Shown: one piece after another, positions 17,353 to 26,646 of the stretch
How positions within the stretch are numbered: position 1 is the stretch's first letter
Layout of the letters: every line of letters begins with the position of its first letter
NCBI GenBank assembly: GCA_029261675.1
Contig: JAJDBA010000309.1
Location: forward strand, 1 to 35,924
DNA: 35,924 nucleotides
Source: Nitrospinaceae bacterium
Lineage (GTDB): Bacteria; Nitrospinota; Nitrospinia; Nitrospinales; VA-1
Direction of reading: 5' to 3'
The notes under the pieces: model-generated
Told to the model about the DNA's origin: nothing
The model's input: only the letters and a program-made list of their open reading frames with translations
The model's database searches: none
Program-made: the position numbers and the translations under genes

Positions 17353-19614
17353 CTATCGATCACTTTGCCTACGGCGTAAGGAGGCTTGCGTAACCACCTT
17401 GACGGGCAGGTAAATGGTAAAGGTAGAGCCTTCATTCAGAACACTTTTTACCCGAATATCGCCCCCCATCATCAAGCAGAACCTTCGGCTGATTGCTAAA
17501 CCCAGCCCTGTTCCGCCAAATTTTCTTGTCGAGGAATTATCTACCTGCGAAAACTCCAGAAACAGTTTATTAATAGAATCCGCCGGGATTCCCATACCTG
17601 TATCTATAATAGCAAAGTTTATCCACTCAATATTGTCTCTGATATCACGAAAAACTTTTAAAGTGACTGTTCCCTTTTCAGTAAATTTACAAGCATTGCT
17701 TAATAAGTTGTGAAGCATTTGCCGAACTCTTGTTTCATCTGCATCCATCGTGCCTGCATTTTCAGGACAATCAATGATTAATTTATTTTTACCTTTCTCG
17801 GCAAGGGGGTGAATAGTTCCTTCGACCTCTTTGACTAATTTGTTTATATCAAAGCTCTCAAGCAGAATATCCATTTTCCCTGCTTCGATCTTGGATAGAT
17901 CCAGAATTTCGTTAATGAGGCCCAATAAATGTTTTGCCGATGAACGGATTTTACCCAAATCATCTTGAAAATCATCAAGTCCATCTTCTTCCGCATCCTC
18001 TAATAGCATTTCACTATAACCAATGATCGCATTCATTGGAGTTCTAAGCTCATGACTCATATTTGCCAGAAAATTACTTTTTGCCCGGTTAGCTTCTTCA
18101 GACCTGTCGCGAGCAACTATTAAAGTTTGATGCGCAGACTTCAATTCATTGATTAGGGAAGTGTTACTCACTGCAACCGCAGCTTGTGATGCAAGGGATT
18201 CAACCAGACTTTCATAGTCAGGAGAAAAAGGAATAACTCGTTTTTTATCTTTTACATCTCTGGCATTCAATAACTGTAAAACACCTATGACTTCATCCTC
18301 GTGATTTGTTAGAGGAACAACAAGCATAGACTTCGTGCGATAGCCTGTTTTTTCATCGAATTTTTTCGGACCGGTGAAATCGAAAGGTTCGTAATTGTAG
18401 ACATCCGGAATATTAACCGAAATGTTTTTTATCGCAACATACGCTGAGACATTAGACATGTTTTTTTCCACTGGCGGAAAGGTGATATCTTTTCCAGTGG
18501 TTCCACCCATGAAAATATTCAAGGATTCATTCTGGACAATTTTAAAATTTAAAACGTCATCTTTTAAAATATATAGGGTTCCTCCATCTGCATGAGTGAG
18601 GTTCCTTGCCTCATTTACAATTATTTCAAGCAGAGCCCCCAGATTGCGTTCCCCAGATAAGGCGCGACCAATATTTGATAGTCTTTGAATATGCCCCATT
18701 AGGTTGAAGGATCTTTTCGAGTCCAGTCCACCTTTTTGAATAAACTCGGCCAGTTCACTTCCAAATTTGTTTTTTGGTTTGGCAATACCAATTACCAAAC
18801 TGGGATCAATGATCCAACCTTCAGATTGAATGCTTGGGTGTTGTAAATCAGGGATACCATAATTGGGCTTCCCCATATTGTAGGCCCAAGCTGTTTGGAC
18901 CGCACTCAAAATCGCATCTAGAGAATACCCATTTGCATCCTCAACGCATTTCAATTTCAGAGTGTCATCAATGAATAATTTGAATTCAAAATCATGCTCA
19001 AATTCTGGGGTTTCTAATCCTTTAATGACTTCTTTGTGGACATGCTCTGAATCGGACTTGGTCTTTTTTCCAGAATTTTCTTGTACTTTAAACCGCCTCG
19101 CAACCAAAGCAGGCAGGGTTTCTATAATTACTCGATTATCTTTTTTGGGAGAGCAAGGAATTATAGAAGCTCCGGATTTGAGCAAGCAGTTACTGCCTTC
19201 AAAAAACTGATGAAGAGAATGATTGCCAGTAGCTTTTAAGGGGCTTCCTACCCCCGCAAAAATATCTGTTATTCGCAGGGGTGTTTTCATTCCTTTGGGT
19301 AATTTACTGAGGTATTGTTTTACCTTTTTTTCAAACCCCGTTTGCTTCCATTTTTGGATATCTTTTATGTAATGATTCCACTCTGGGGACAAAGACATTT
19401 TGTCAAGAAACTGCTTTGGTTGCCCTAGTGGAAAATTAACTCCGGCAAACCAAGGACCTTTTTCCTTTAAAAACAATTCGAAATCAGAGAGGGTAGAGAA
19501 AGATTCCACCTTATTTACAGATAGCCCATGGCTCTTTTTGAAGACACAATGCGCAATAGTGATAGGCCTTTTGGGCGTGGGATTATCTGTAAAATTTATT
19601 CCAAATATTTTCAT
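17353..19614 (-). CDS. Cytoplasmic sensor histidine kinase: degenerate DUF429-like domain + GAF + HisKA + HATPase
   Basis: H box [19 protein letters not shown] box [11 protein letters not shown]1 DTGMGI, G2 [10 protein letters not shown] and GAF ([27 protein letters not shown]). The N-terminal ~270 aa resemble DUF429. No transmembrane helix and no receiver domain. Confidence 0.9.
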   Translation of the reverse strand: MKIFGINFTDNPTPKRPITIAHCVFKKSHGLSVNKVESFSTLSDFELFLKEKGPWFAGVNFPLGQPKQFLDKMSLSPEWNHYIKDIQKWKQTGFEKKVKQYLSKLPKGMKTPLRITDIFAGVGSPLKATGNHSLHQFFEGSNCLLKSGASIIPCSPKKDNRVIIETLPALVARRFKVQENSGKKTKSDSEHVHKEVIKGLETPEFEHDFEFKLFIDDTLKLKCVEDANGYSLDAILSAVQTAWAYNMGKPNYGIPDLQHPSIQSEGWIIDPSLVIGIAKPKNKFGSELAEFIQKGGLDSKRSFNLMGHIQRLSNIGRALSGERNLGALLEIIVNEARNLTHADGGTLYILKDDVLNFKIVQNESLNIFMGGTTGKDITFPPVEKNMSNVSAYVAIKNISVNIPDVYNYEPFDFTGPKKFDEKTGYRTKSMLVVPLTNHEDEVIGVLQLLNARDVKDKKRVIPFSPDYESLVESLASQAAVAVSNTSLINELKSAHQTLIVARDRSEEANRAKSNFLANMSHELRTPMNAIIGYSEMLLEDAEEDGLDDFQDDLGKIRSSAKHLLGLINEILDLSKIEAGKMDILLESFDINKLVKEVEGTIHPLAEKGKNKLIIDCPENAGTMDADETRVRQMLHNLLSNACKFTEKGTVTLKVFRDIRDNIEWINFAIIDTGMGIPADSINKLFLEFSQVDNSSTRKFGGTGLGLAISRRFCLMMGGDIRVKSVLNEGSTFTIYLPVKVVTQASLRRRQSDR

Positions 19615-19632
19615 AGAAAATAGATTCTCTAC

Positions 19633-20277
19633 CTAACTTAATATTCTTTTTGCTAACTGTTTCAGTAACGGATTAGGGGAGTGCCCCGCATCTTTTACTA
19701 TCTCTAAATCAGGAATATGGTCTCTCAATACTCCTGCATCAAGAAAAGTATCATTTTCGCCTATAATAGACAAAAAATCATTAGTTTCTTTGCCTGTAAC
19801 CGAGTTATTTTCAAGAAATTTCAACCCCTTTATCAGAATATTTCTACTGGGGATCTCCTTGATCTGGCTTTCTGGATAGGGCAAGTCTGCATGGAAGAAA
19901 AAATCTCGCAGAACATCCGTTTTATTGGAGTCCCGGCTTAATATTTTTATCAAATATTTTAATTGTGTTTCGGAAGTCTTACCACCCAATTGACCTGTAT
20001 TAAGAAAGGCTAGAATCGGAGCAAGTATTGCTTTCTGGGAGTTTGAGGGTAAATGATCTTGATGTTTTAATAGCCATAAACTTCCCAGTGAATAGCCTAT
20101 ATAGAGTTGTGCTGGTAAGCGACTTAATATATTTTGGGCTTCTTCTTCATTTTCTGGGTTTTCCGGATAGACAACACGGACCTCAGAGTTGGGAAAGGCC
20201 TCCTTTATTTGTTCCGCAAACCAGGTTTCGGGAACCGCCCAGCCTGATATCGCTGTGATGGTTAGTTTTTCTTCCAT
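19633..20277 (-). CDS. Alpha/beta hydrolase, probable pimeloyl-ACP methyl ester carboxylesterase (BioH-function)
   Basis: ISGWA oxyanion loop, GYSLG nucleophile, GENDTFL Asp and AGHSP His. Overlaps the bioF 3' end. Confidence 0.75.
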   Translation of the reverse strand: MEEKLTITAISGWAVPETWFAEQIKEAFPNSEVRVVYPENPENEEEAQNILSRLPAQLYIGYSLGSLWLLKHQDHLPSNSQKAILAPILAFLNTGQLGGKTSETQLKYLIKILSRDSNKTDVLRDFFFHADLPYPESQIKEIPSRNILIKGLKFLENNSVTGKETNDFLSIIGENDTFLDAGVLRDHIPDLEIVKDAGHSPNPLLKQLAKRILS

Positions 20278-21464
20278 GAATCCAATAGTTTTAGCAGTTC
20301 ATCTATCAGCGTTTCATCTATTTTTGAGTGCAGTGAAATCCGCAAACGAGAACTATCAGCAGGAACAGTAGGGGGGCGCACCGCACCAACAAGAATCCCG
20401 TGACTCAATAACTGATTTCTTAATTCAAGAGTTTCCTGCGGGTCGCCAATTACGATAGGAATAATTGGGGACTCAAATTCTACAGGCTTTTGTTTTAAAC
20501 CCTCCTGAAAATATTTTGACAAACTCCTCAATTTCTTCCGTCGTTCACCAAAAGTTCTAATTAATTTTATGGATTCAAGTGCTGCACCCACTTGTGAAGG
20601 AGGCAAAAATGTAGAATAAATATATTCGCCCGCTTGGTTGGTTAAATAATTTATGATGGATGGATTATTTGCTAGAACGTATGCACCCATGCTGGCCAGC
20701 GCCTTACCCAGGGTTCCTATAGTTATATCGACCTCATCCAAAACATTCATTTCTTCTGCCAACCCGCCGCCGTTTTCGCCAAAAACTCCTGTACCGTGAG
20801 CTTCATCAAGTACAAGAATAAAGGGATACTTCTTCTTCATGGCTACAAGTGCTTTCAAGTCGGGATAATCGCCATCCATACTGAAAACGCTTTCGGTTAC
20901 TACAAAAATAGTATCGTAATTTTTGCAATTTTTTTGCAGGAGAGCTTCAAGTTCAATCATATCCAAATGACTGTAGCGTTTGAATTTTGCGGGACACGGC
21001 AAAAGGGCTTGCGCTATGGAATGATGAATGAGTCTATCGGCTAGCACCAAATCATTCTTTCCTGGTAGATGTTTTAAAACAGCCTGATTAGCTACAAACC
21101 CGGAATTGAATAGCATGCCAAAAGATTTCTGCTTCCAATTTAGAATTTCATCGAGCAATTCCTGATGACAGGGTAAAAATCCTGAAAGGAGGGGGGAGGC
21201 GCCGCTTCCAGATCCATATTTTTCACAAGCTGTTTTAGCTCCAGCAATCACCTTTGGGTGAAAGCGCAACTGAAAATAATCGTTAGAAACCAGATTGTGT
21301 TGATAGCCGTTATACAATTTGATTTCTCGATAGAGATGGTTCTCTCTACGAACATTCAGGTCTTGATTCAGGCGGTTGATAAATTTTTTTGTCAATGAAT
21401 TTTGGATATGGTTTGAAAAATTAAAATTATGGTATAAAACGTCTTTCAAGTCAAAGGAACCCAT
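20262..21464 (-). CDS. bioF: 8-amino-7-oxononanoate synthase
   Basis: SNDY, GSGASPLLSG, SGFVAN, ESVFSMDGD, DEAHGTG, PLP Lys in GTLGKA, RPPTVP..SRLRIS. The true start may be about 25 codons downstream. Confidence 0.93.
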   Translation of the reverse strand: MGSFDLKDVLYHNFNFSNHIQNSLTKKFINRLNQDLNVRRENHLYREIKLYNGYQHNLVSNDYFQLRFHPKVIAGAKTACEKYGSGSGASPLLSGFLPCHQELLDEILNWKQKSFGMLFNSGFVANQAVLKHLPGKNDLVLADRLIHHSIAQALLPCPAKFKRYSHLDMIELEALLQKNCKNYDTIFVVTESVFSMDGDYPDLKALVAMKKKYPFILVLDEAHGTGVFGENGGGLAEEMNVLDEVDITIGTLGKALASMGAYVLANNPSIINYLTNQAGEYIYSTFLPPSQVGAALESIKLIRTFGERRKKLRSLSKYFQEGLKQKPVEFESPIIPIVIGDPQETLELRNQLLSHGILVGAVRPPTVPADSSRLRISLHSKIDETLIDELLKLLDSWKKN

Positions 21465-21481
21465 ATACGAGAGTCCATAGT

Positions 21482-21871
21482 ATGTCAGAAATTAAAGATA
21501 CCGGTAAAGTTTGGATAAAAGGATCGGTGGGTACCGCACATGCGATTCGAGTCGATGATAAAGTTTTTGCTACAGGGCAAAGGGAAGGTCAAAGCGTAGA
21601 CCTTTGGCTTGATAATGAGGGGTTATGTATTGACCTGCATGATTCCAAGCTCGGTGAAAGAGTGGCTCGTTTCATTCCCCTGAATACTCCGGCTACATTG
21701 CCCGGAACTCTCTTCAATGGATTTGAGAAGACCAAACATGCAGATATACTAATAGTATCTGCTGATAGCGAGGGGATAAAAGAAAAAACGGTTTCGGGCA
21801 AAAAATACCAAGAGGGCGGTTTTAGTGTCTTGGACCGTTTGACTTTTTGGCAAACGATTTGGAAGAACTAA
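21482..21871 (+). CDS. Hypothetical protein (129 aa)
   Basis: Clean ORF filling the gap between bioF and the DUF1566 gene; no family recognised. Confidence 0.7.
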   Translation: MSEIKDTGKVWIKGSVGTAHAIRVDDKVFATGQREGQSVDLWLDNEGLCIDLHDSKLGERVARFIPLNTPATLPGTLFNGFEKTKHADILIVSADSEGIKEKTVSGKKYQEGGFSVLDRLTFWQTIWKN

Positions 21872-21892
21872 AACCGTAAAAACACGAATGGA

Positions 21893-22315
21893 TTATATGT
21901 TTCGCACTAGCCGGGCCGCTTGATGTTCCCGAGTTGCTGGATCAATATACTCGAGCTCTTTATTTCTCAGATTTATTCGGCAGACTTCCTGATTTTCATT
22001 TTTGTCACTGGTCCATATATAATTCGAACATTTTGTGACAAACAGAGGACAGATATGGATAATTTCATCTTCCCAATCCATATGATCAAAAGATTCATCG
22101 TAAAACTCTTCTGCTTCCTGAGAAGTCGGAAGTCTCCAATCGCTGAAGCCACCAGCATAAACCTGATTCATCAGACGAACATAGGCAAGGGCCTCCTGAT
22201 AATTTCTCCATTGCGCCAGGTCTCCCCATGAATCTTTTGGCAACCAATATTTTTTGTGTTTATTGTCCGTGATAATTCCTGAGGAGTTATCTGTAAAGCG
22301 ATCTGATTCTGTCAT
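21893..22315 (-). CDS. DUF1566 / Lcl C-terminal domain protein
   Basis: RFTDNSSGIITD...W, GGFSDWRLPT..E, YIWTS and terminal ARLVR match the Lcl/DUF1566 pattern. Confidence 0.85.
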   Translation of the reverse strand: MTESDRFTDNSSGIITDNKHKKYWLPKDSWGDLAQWRNYQEALAYVRLMNQVYAGGFSDWRLPTSQEAEEFYDESFDHMDWEDEIIHICPLFVTKCSNYIWTSDKNENQEVCRINLRNKELEYIDPATREHQAARLVRNI

Positions 22316-22359
22316 TAAATTTACCCAATTCAGTAGCGCGAATTAATAAGCCTTAGAAA

Positions 22360-23229
22360 TTAGCATGGATTTTTCTTAGCTTCAACGCATTTTAAAAATT
22401 CGTCGTGAATAAAACCAGTAAGAATTCCTGGCTTTTTGTTTCCGATGGTCTGAGAATCTATTTGGGTCACAGGTACAATTTCAATACCCGTGTTGGTTAT
22501 GAAAACTTCATCGGCTTCTAATAAGGCTTCAAGGGTAATACGCTCTTCTAGTAATGGGATTTTATGCTCCCTTGCAATTTCGAGTACTACCTGCCGGGTA
22601 ATACCTTCCAACACATAGGGACTCGCAGGAGGAGTTTTGAGTACGCCCTGTCTAACAATAAATACATTACTGGTTGTACCCTCCGTGACACCAAAATCTG
22701 GGTCAACCACCACGCCCTCCATAAAATCCTTTTTATTGGATAATTCTCTTATAAGAATATTCGGCAAATAATTGCAGGTTTTTAAACGATTAGTTAGACC
22801 GCTTGTTAAGCTTGCACGTTCCTGAAAAAGCATTATTTTGACACCTTTATTGTATACTGCCTTTGGAAGTGCTTTGAAGGCGCGGATATTAACCACCAGG
22901 GTAGGGGGGGTATCGAATTCAACCTGGATATTTGATTGCGTGTCGCCGCGTGTAACAGTAAGTCGAATAATAGCATCCTTATATTTATTTCTAGCGAGGA
23001 TGTCTTGAGCTACCCTCATCAACTCAATCCGGGTCATTGGAAGATCAATAAAAATCTGAGGCAGTGATTTGAGAAGCCTATCTACATGTTGTTCCAGACG
23101 AAATATTTTCCCGTTTCTTGAGCGCATGGTCTCGAACAAACCATCTCCATAACAAAAACCTCTATCCTGAATAGACACTTTTGCATTGCACAGAGGGGTA
23201 AATAATCCGTTTATGTATACAACGTCCAT
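22360..23229 (-). CDS. Class IV aminotransferase, probable aminodeoxychorismate lyase (PabC-like)
   Basis: DRGFCYGDGLFETMR, PLP Lys LKTCNY, EGTTSNVF, LEGITR; 3 nt downstream of the pabB-like gene. Confidence 0.85.
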   Translation of the reverse strand: MDVVYINGLFTPLCNAKVSIQDRGFCYGDGLFETMRSRNGKIFRLEQHVDRLLKSLPQIFIDLPMTRIELMRVAQDILARNKYKDAIIRLTVTRGDTQSNIQVEFDTPPTLVVNIRAFKALPKAVYNKGVKIMLFQERASLTSGLTNRLKTCNYLPNILIRELSNKKDFMEGVVVDPDFGVTEGTTSNVFIVRQGVLKTPPASPYVLEGITRQVVLEIAREHKIPLLEERITLEALLEADEVFITNTGIEIVPVTQIDSQTIGNKKPGILTGFIHDEFLKCVEAKKNPC

Positions 23230-23232
23230 TTA

Positions 23233-24690
23233 TTAATACTCCAAAGCTTCTACCATTGCAGCGGCCTTATCTAATGTCTCCTGATATTCTTTTTCTGGCT
23301 CCGAGTCGGCCACAATACCTGCGCCCACATGAAAACTTGCATTGCCGTTATTGATAATTATCGAACGGATAATGATATTTAAGTCCAAATACGGGGCATA
23401 ACCAATATAGCCGAAAGAACCCGAGTAGGGACCCCGTGGAACAGGTTCTAGTTCGTTGATGATTTCCATGCATCTGATTTTTGGACAACCTGTGATAGTT
23501 CCACCGGGGAAAACCGCCTTCAATATTTCAAAAATACTTCGGTTCGGCAACAGGCATCCTGAAATATTTGATACGATATGACTCACATGGGAATACTTTT
23601 CTAAAAGCATGAAGTCGGTTACCTTCACTGTTCCTGCTTTGCAAAGCCGTCCAAGGTCATTTCTTTCCAGATCGACTAGCATCAAATGTTCGGCGCGTTC
23701 TTTATTATTCAACAGCAGTTCTGCGGTTAGGGCCTCATCTTTTTCTGTAACATTGCTTCGCGGGCGAGTTCCGGCAATGGGGCGCGATTCGATTTGATCT
23801 CCCGAAACTTTTATAAGTCGCTCGGGGGAAGAACTGACAAGGGAGAGGCCATCAAATTTAAGAACGCCTGAAAAAGGAGATGGGTTAACCTTTCTTAGCT
23901 TTTGATATAAGGCCAGAGGGGCCTTATCAAAGGGTGTTTCAAACTTCTGAGAAATGTTAGCTTGATAGATATCTCCCTCGCCAATATAAGCTTTAGCTTG
24001 ATCAACCTTCTGCATGTACTCGCTTTTATCTGAAAAGGGTTTGAGTGGTTCTAAAGAAAAAGGCTTTTCTTCTTTGACCACGGGGGAAAGGCGGATTCTT
24101 TCTAAAGCTCTATGAACATCTTTCCATACACGTTTGATTTCCCATGAGAAGTCTTCGTAATCAGAACCTTTTGTCCTATTTTTTCCAGACAGTATGAATT
24201 TTAGTTTTTGGCTTTTGTGATCATAGACAAACAAACGCTCGGCTTCCATAAAACTAAGATCAGGAATGTCTTCAGATGATTTGAGCTTGATATCTTCAAA
24301 CAGGGAACTGGCTTCATAGCCAACGAACCCTACCCAACCTCCCCAAAAATGCGGAAGGTAATCCACTGTCGTTTCATCGAAATTTAATAAGTTAAAAGCT
24401 TCATCAACTTGATTGAACTGGGTTTGCAAAATTCCATTTTGATATAAAAATGTTCTTGTCCCAAAAATCTTCAGTAGTCTGGAACTGGAGCCACCAAAAA
24501 TTGAAAATTGCGCCGTTTCTATAGGGCCCTTACCGCTTTCCAGCAAAAAAGACTGCTCTGAGTTTTGAAAAAGTTCTTTAAAAAGAAGTGAGGGATCTAA
24601 CTCGGGAATTCGCTCTTCACCAAATACAGGAACTCTGGATGAAGAAGCCGCCAGATGGATAAATTTCTTTCTGTCAGGAAGGATATCCAT
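23233..24690 (-). CDS. pabB: Chorismate-binding enzyme, probable aminodeoxychorismate synthase component I
   Basis: LLESG, GDIYQANIS, NPSPFSG (PabB-like rather than TrpE SPYM), SSSPE, PIAGT, AEHLMLVDLERNDLG, PGGTITGCPK; adjacent to a pabC-like gene. Confidence 0.78.
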   Translation of the reverse strand: MDILPDRKKFIHLAASSSRVPVFGEERIPELDPSLLFKELFQNSEQSFLLESGKGPIETAQFSIFGGSSSRLLKIFGTRTFLYQNGILQTQFNQVDEAFNLLNFDETTVDYLPHFWGGWVGFVGYEASSLFEDIKLKSSEDIPDLSFMEAERLFVYDHKSQKLKFILSGKNRTKGSDYEDFSWEIKRVWKDVHRALERIRLSPVVKEEKPFSLEPLKPFSDKSEYMQKVDQAKAYIGEGDIYQANISQKFETPFDKAPLALYQKLRKVNPSPFSGVLKFDGLSLVSSSPERLIKVSGDQIESRPIAGTRPRSNVTEKDEALTAELLLNNKERAEHLMLVDLERNDLGRLCKAGTVKVTDFMLLEKYSHVSHIVSNISGCLLPNRSIFEILKAVFPGGTITGCPKIRCMEIINELEPVPRGPYSGSFGYIGYAPYLDLNIIIRSIIINNGNASFHVGAGIVADSEPEKEYQETLDKAAAMVEALEY

Positions 24691-24703
24691 AATATATGAC
24701 TAA

Positions 24704-24730
24704 ATTATAGGATATTACCAAGAATGGCAA
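24704..24730 (-). promoter_or_regulatory. Possible promoter for pabB-pabC
   Basis: Minus strand TTGCCA-15 nt-TATAAT, 13 nt upstream of the pabB ATG. The spacer is short and no RBS is visible. Confidence 0.35.
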
Positions 24731-24753
24731 GAGGAAGAGGGGGGCTTCGCGGG

Positions 24754-25962
24754 TTACTCGTATCGCAGGGCTTCGATCGGATTCATATTTGCAGCTTTAT
24801 TGGCAGGGTAGAACCCAAAAAATACTCCTATAGCGACAGAGAATCCAAACGCAAGAAGAATGGATTGCGTGGAAACAATAGTATCCCATCCTCCAATATT
24901 TGAAACCATTTCAGAAATTCCTACCCCTAGCAAAACACCGACACTCCCACCAAGAAAACTGATTACGACCGATTCGATCAGGAACTGTTCCAAGATTTCT
25001 CTTTTTTTTGCACCAATGGCTTTTCTAATTCCAATTTCACGGGTACGTTCTGTAACGGAAACCAGCATTATATTCATAATACCAATGCCACCCACCATGA
25101 GAGAAATTGCGGCAATACCTCCCAATAAATAAGTAAATGTTTTAGAGGCATCTCCCCAGCTATTAAGCCATTGAGAGGAATTTTGCACATAAAAGTCGTT
25201 CTCTTTACCGTCCGCAATATTGTGTCGTAGCCGCAATACTTGGGCAATGTCTTCCTTTATGAGTTCAAGATCTTCGATTTTTTCGGCTTGCACATCAATG
25301 GACTGAATATGATCCATTCCAAAAACACGTTTTTGTGCTGTGGTAACAGGGATGAAAATCTGATCATCAGGATCAAACCAACTCAATGCACCTTTAGGCT
25401 CAGTCGTGCCAATGACCATGAAGTTTTTGCCATCGACCTTGATTGTCTTTCCCAACGGATTCGCTTCTTCAAAAAGGTTTTTGACAACAGTTGCACCCAA
25501 TACACAAACCCTTTTCGAAGCGATGATCTCTTGTTGGTTAAAATAACGGCCTCTTTTCATTTCAAAATTTGCCAACCGAACGTAATTTTTACCTGTCCCT
25601 CGAACGGTTGAATTGGAATTTTTATTGCCAAACTTTAATTGCGCAGAACGATAAACTTGTGCGGCTACGCCGGTAATAAGAGGCACATGCTTTTCAATAA
25701 AATCAGCATCTGACAACATAAGGGTATCGACTTTTCCTGTGGTGACGTGACGCGATTTTTGCTGGCCCGGTTTGATGGTAATAATATTAGTTCCAAATTT
25801 AGAAATAGTACTCAAAGTCTGTTGTCGAGCACCCTCGCCAATGGATACCATAGAAATTACCGATGCAACGCCTATGATGATCCCTAAAGCCGTCAAAAAT
25901 GTTCGCAATTTATGAGAGATCAGGCTCCTTAGCGCCATCTTGAATAAATCGAAAATCAGCAT
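24754..25962 (-). CDS. MacB/FtsX-family ABC transporter permease
   Basis: LTALGIIIGVASV, periplasmic domain, GGIGIMNIMLVSVTERTREIGIRKAIGA, PIEALRYE. Confidence 0.95.
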   Translation of the reverse strand: MLIFDLFKMALRSLISHKLRTFLTALGIIIGVASVISMVSIGEGARQQTLSTISKFGTNIITIKPGQQKSRHVTTGKVDTLMLSDADFIEKHVPLITGVAAQVYRSAQLKFGNKNSNSTVRGTGKNYVRLANFEMKRGRYFNQQEIIASKRVCVLGATVVKNLFEEANPLGKTIKVDGKNFMVIGTTEPKGALSWFDPDDQIFIPVTTAQKRVFGMDHIQSIDVQAEKIEDLELIKEDIAQVLRLRHNIADGKENDFYVQNSSQWLNSWGDASKTFTYLLGGIAAISLMVGGIGIMNIMLVSVTERTREIGIRKAIGAKKREILEQFLIESVVISFLGGSVGVLLGVGISEMVSNIGGWDTIVSTQSILLAFGFSVAIGVFFGFYPANKAANMNPIEALRYE

Positions 25963-26633
25963 GAAATCACCGCCTGATCATTGACAATCCTTCCATCTTT
26001 CATTTGGATGATTCGTTTAGCCTGTTCGGCGATCTCTGTTTCGTGGGTGACTAGAATGAGAGTCACGGCCTCATCATTTAGTTCATGAAAAAGGGACATG
26101 ATTTCTTCCCCCGTCACTGAATCAAGATTTCCCGTGGGCTCATCTGCAAGAATGATGGCAGGTTTGTTGACCAAAGCCCTGGCTATGGCGACTCTTTGTT
26201 TTTCTCCGCCCGAAAGCTCAGTGGGCTTATGTTGCGCTCTATGTTTCAGTCCGACTCTTTCCAGTGCCTGCATGGCTATATCTGTCGAATTGGCAACTCT
26301 GCCGTAAAGTAAAGGCAATTCTGTATTCTCAAGAGCGGTAGCACGAGGCAGCAAATTAAAGCTTTGAAAGACAAATCCGATTCGCTGATTCCTTACTTCT
26401 GCCAGTTGATTCGGTTTTAAGCCACCTATATCGACATCCTCTAAGCGATAGCTGCCCGTGGTTGGCAAGTCGAGGCACCCTAGCAGGTTCATCAAAGTCG
26501 ATTTGCCACTGCCTGAAGGGCCCATTATAGCAACAAACTCACCTTTCTCTATTTGAAAGCTGACTTCACGTAAAGCCGAAACAGACAAAGTACCCGAGTC
26601 ATAAGTTTTGGAAAGATTTTCGACTGCAATCAA
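25956..26633 (-). CDS. ABC transporter ATP-binding protein (MacB/LolD-like)
   Basis: Walker [10 protein letters not shown], signature LSGGEKQR, Walker [15 protein letters not shown]; TTG start with GAGG RBS. Confidence 0.96.
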   Translation of the reverse strand: MIAVENLSKTYDSGTLSVSALREVSFQIEKGEFVAIMGPSGSGKSTLMNLLGCLDLPTTGSYRLEDVDIGGLKPNQLAEVRNQRIGFVFQSFNLLPRATALENTELPLLYGRVANSTDIAMQALERVGLKHRAQHKPTELSGGEKQRVAIARALVNKPAIILADEPTGNLDSVTGEEIMSLFHELNDEAVTLILVTHETEIAEQAKRIIQMKDGRIVNDQAVISC

Positions 26634-26646
26634 AACGACCTCATAG

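Noticed and set aside
21893-22315. DUF1566 gene as a diversity-generating retroelement target
   Set aside because: No reverse transcriptase and no template/variable repeat pair is visible in the window.
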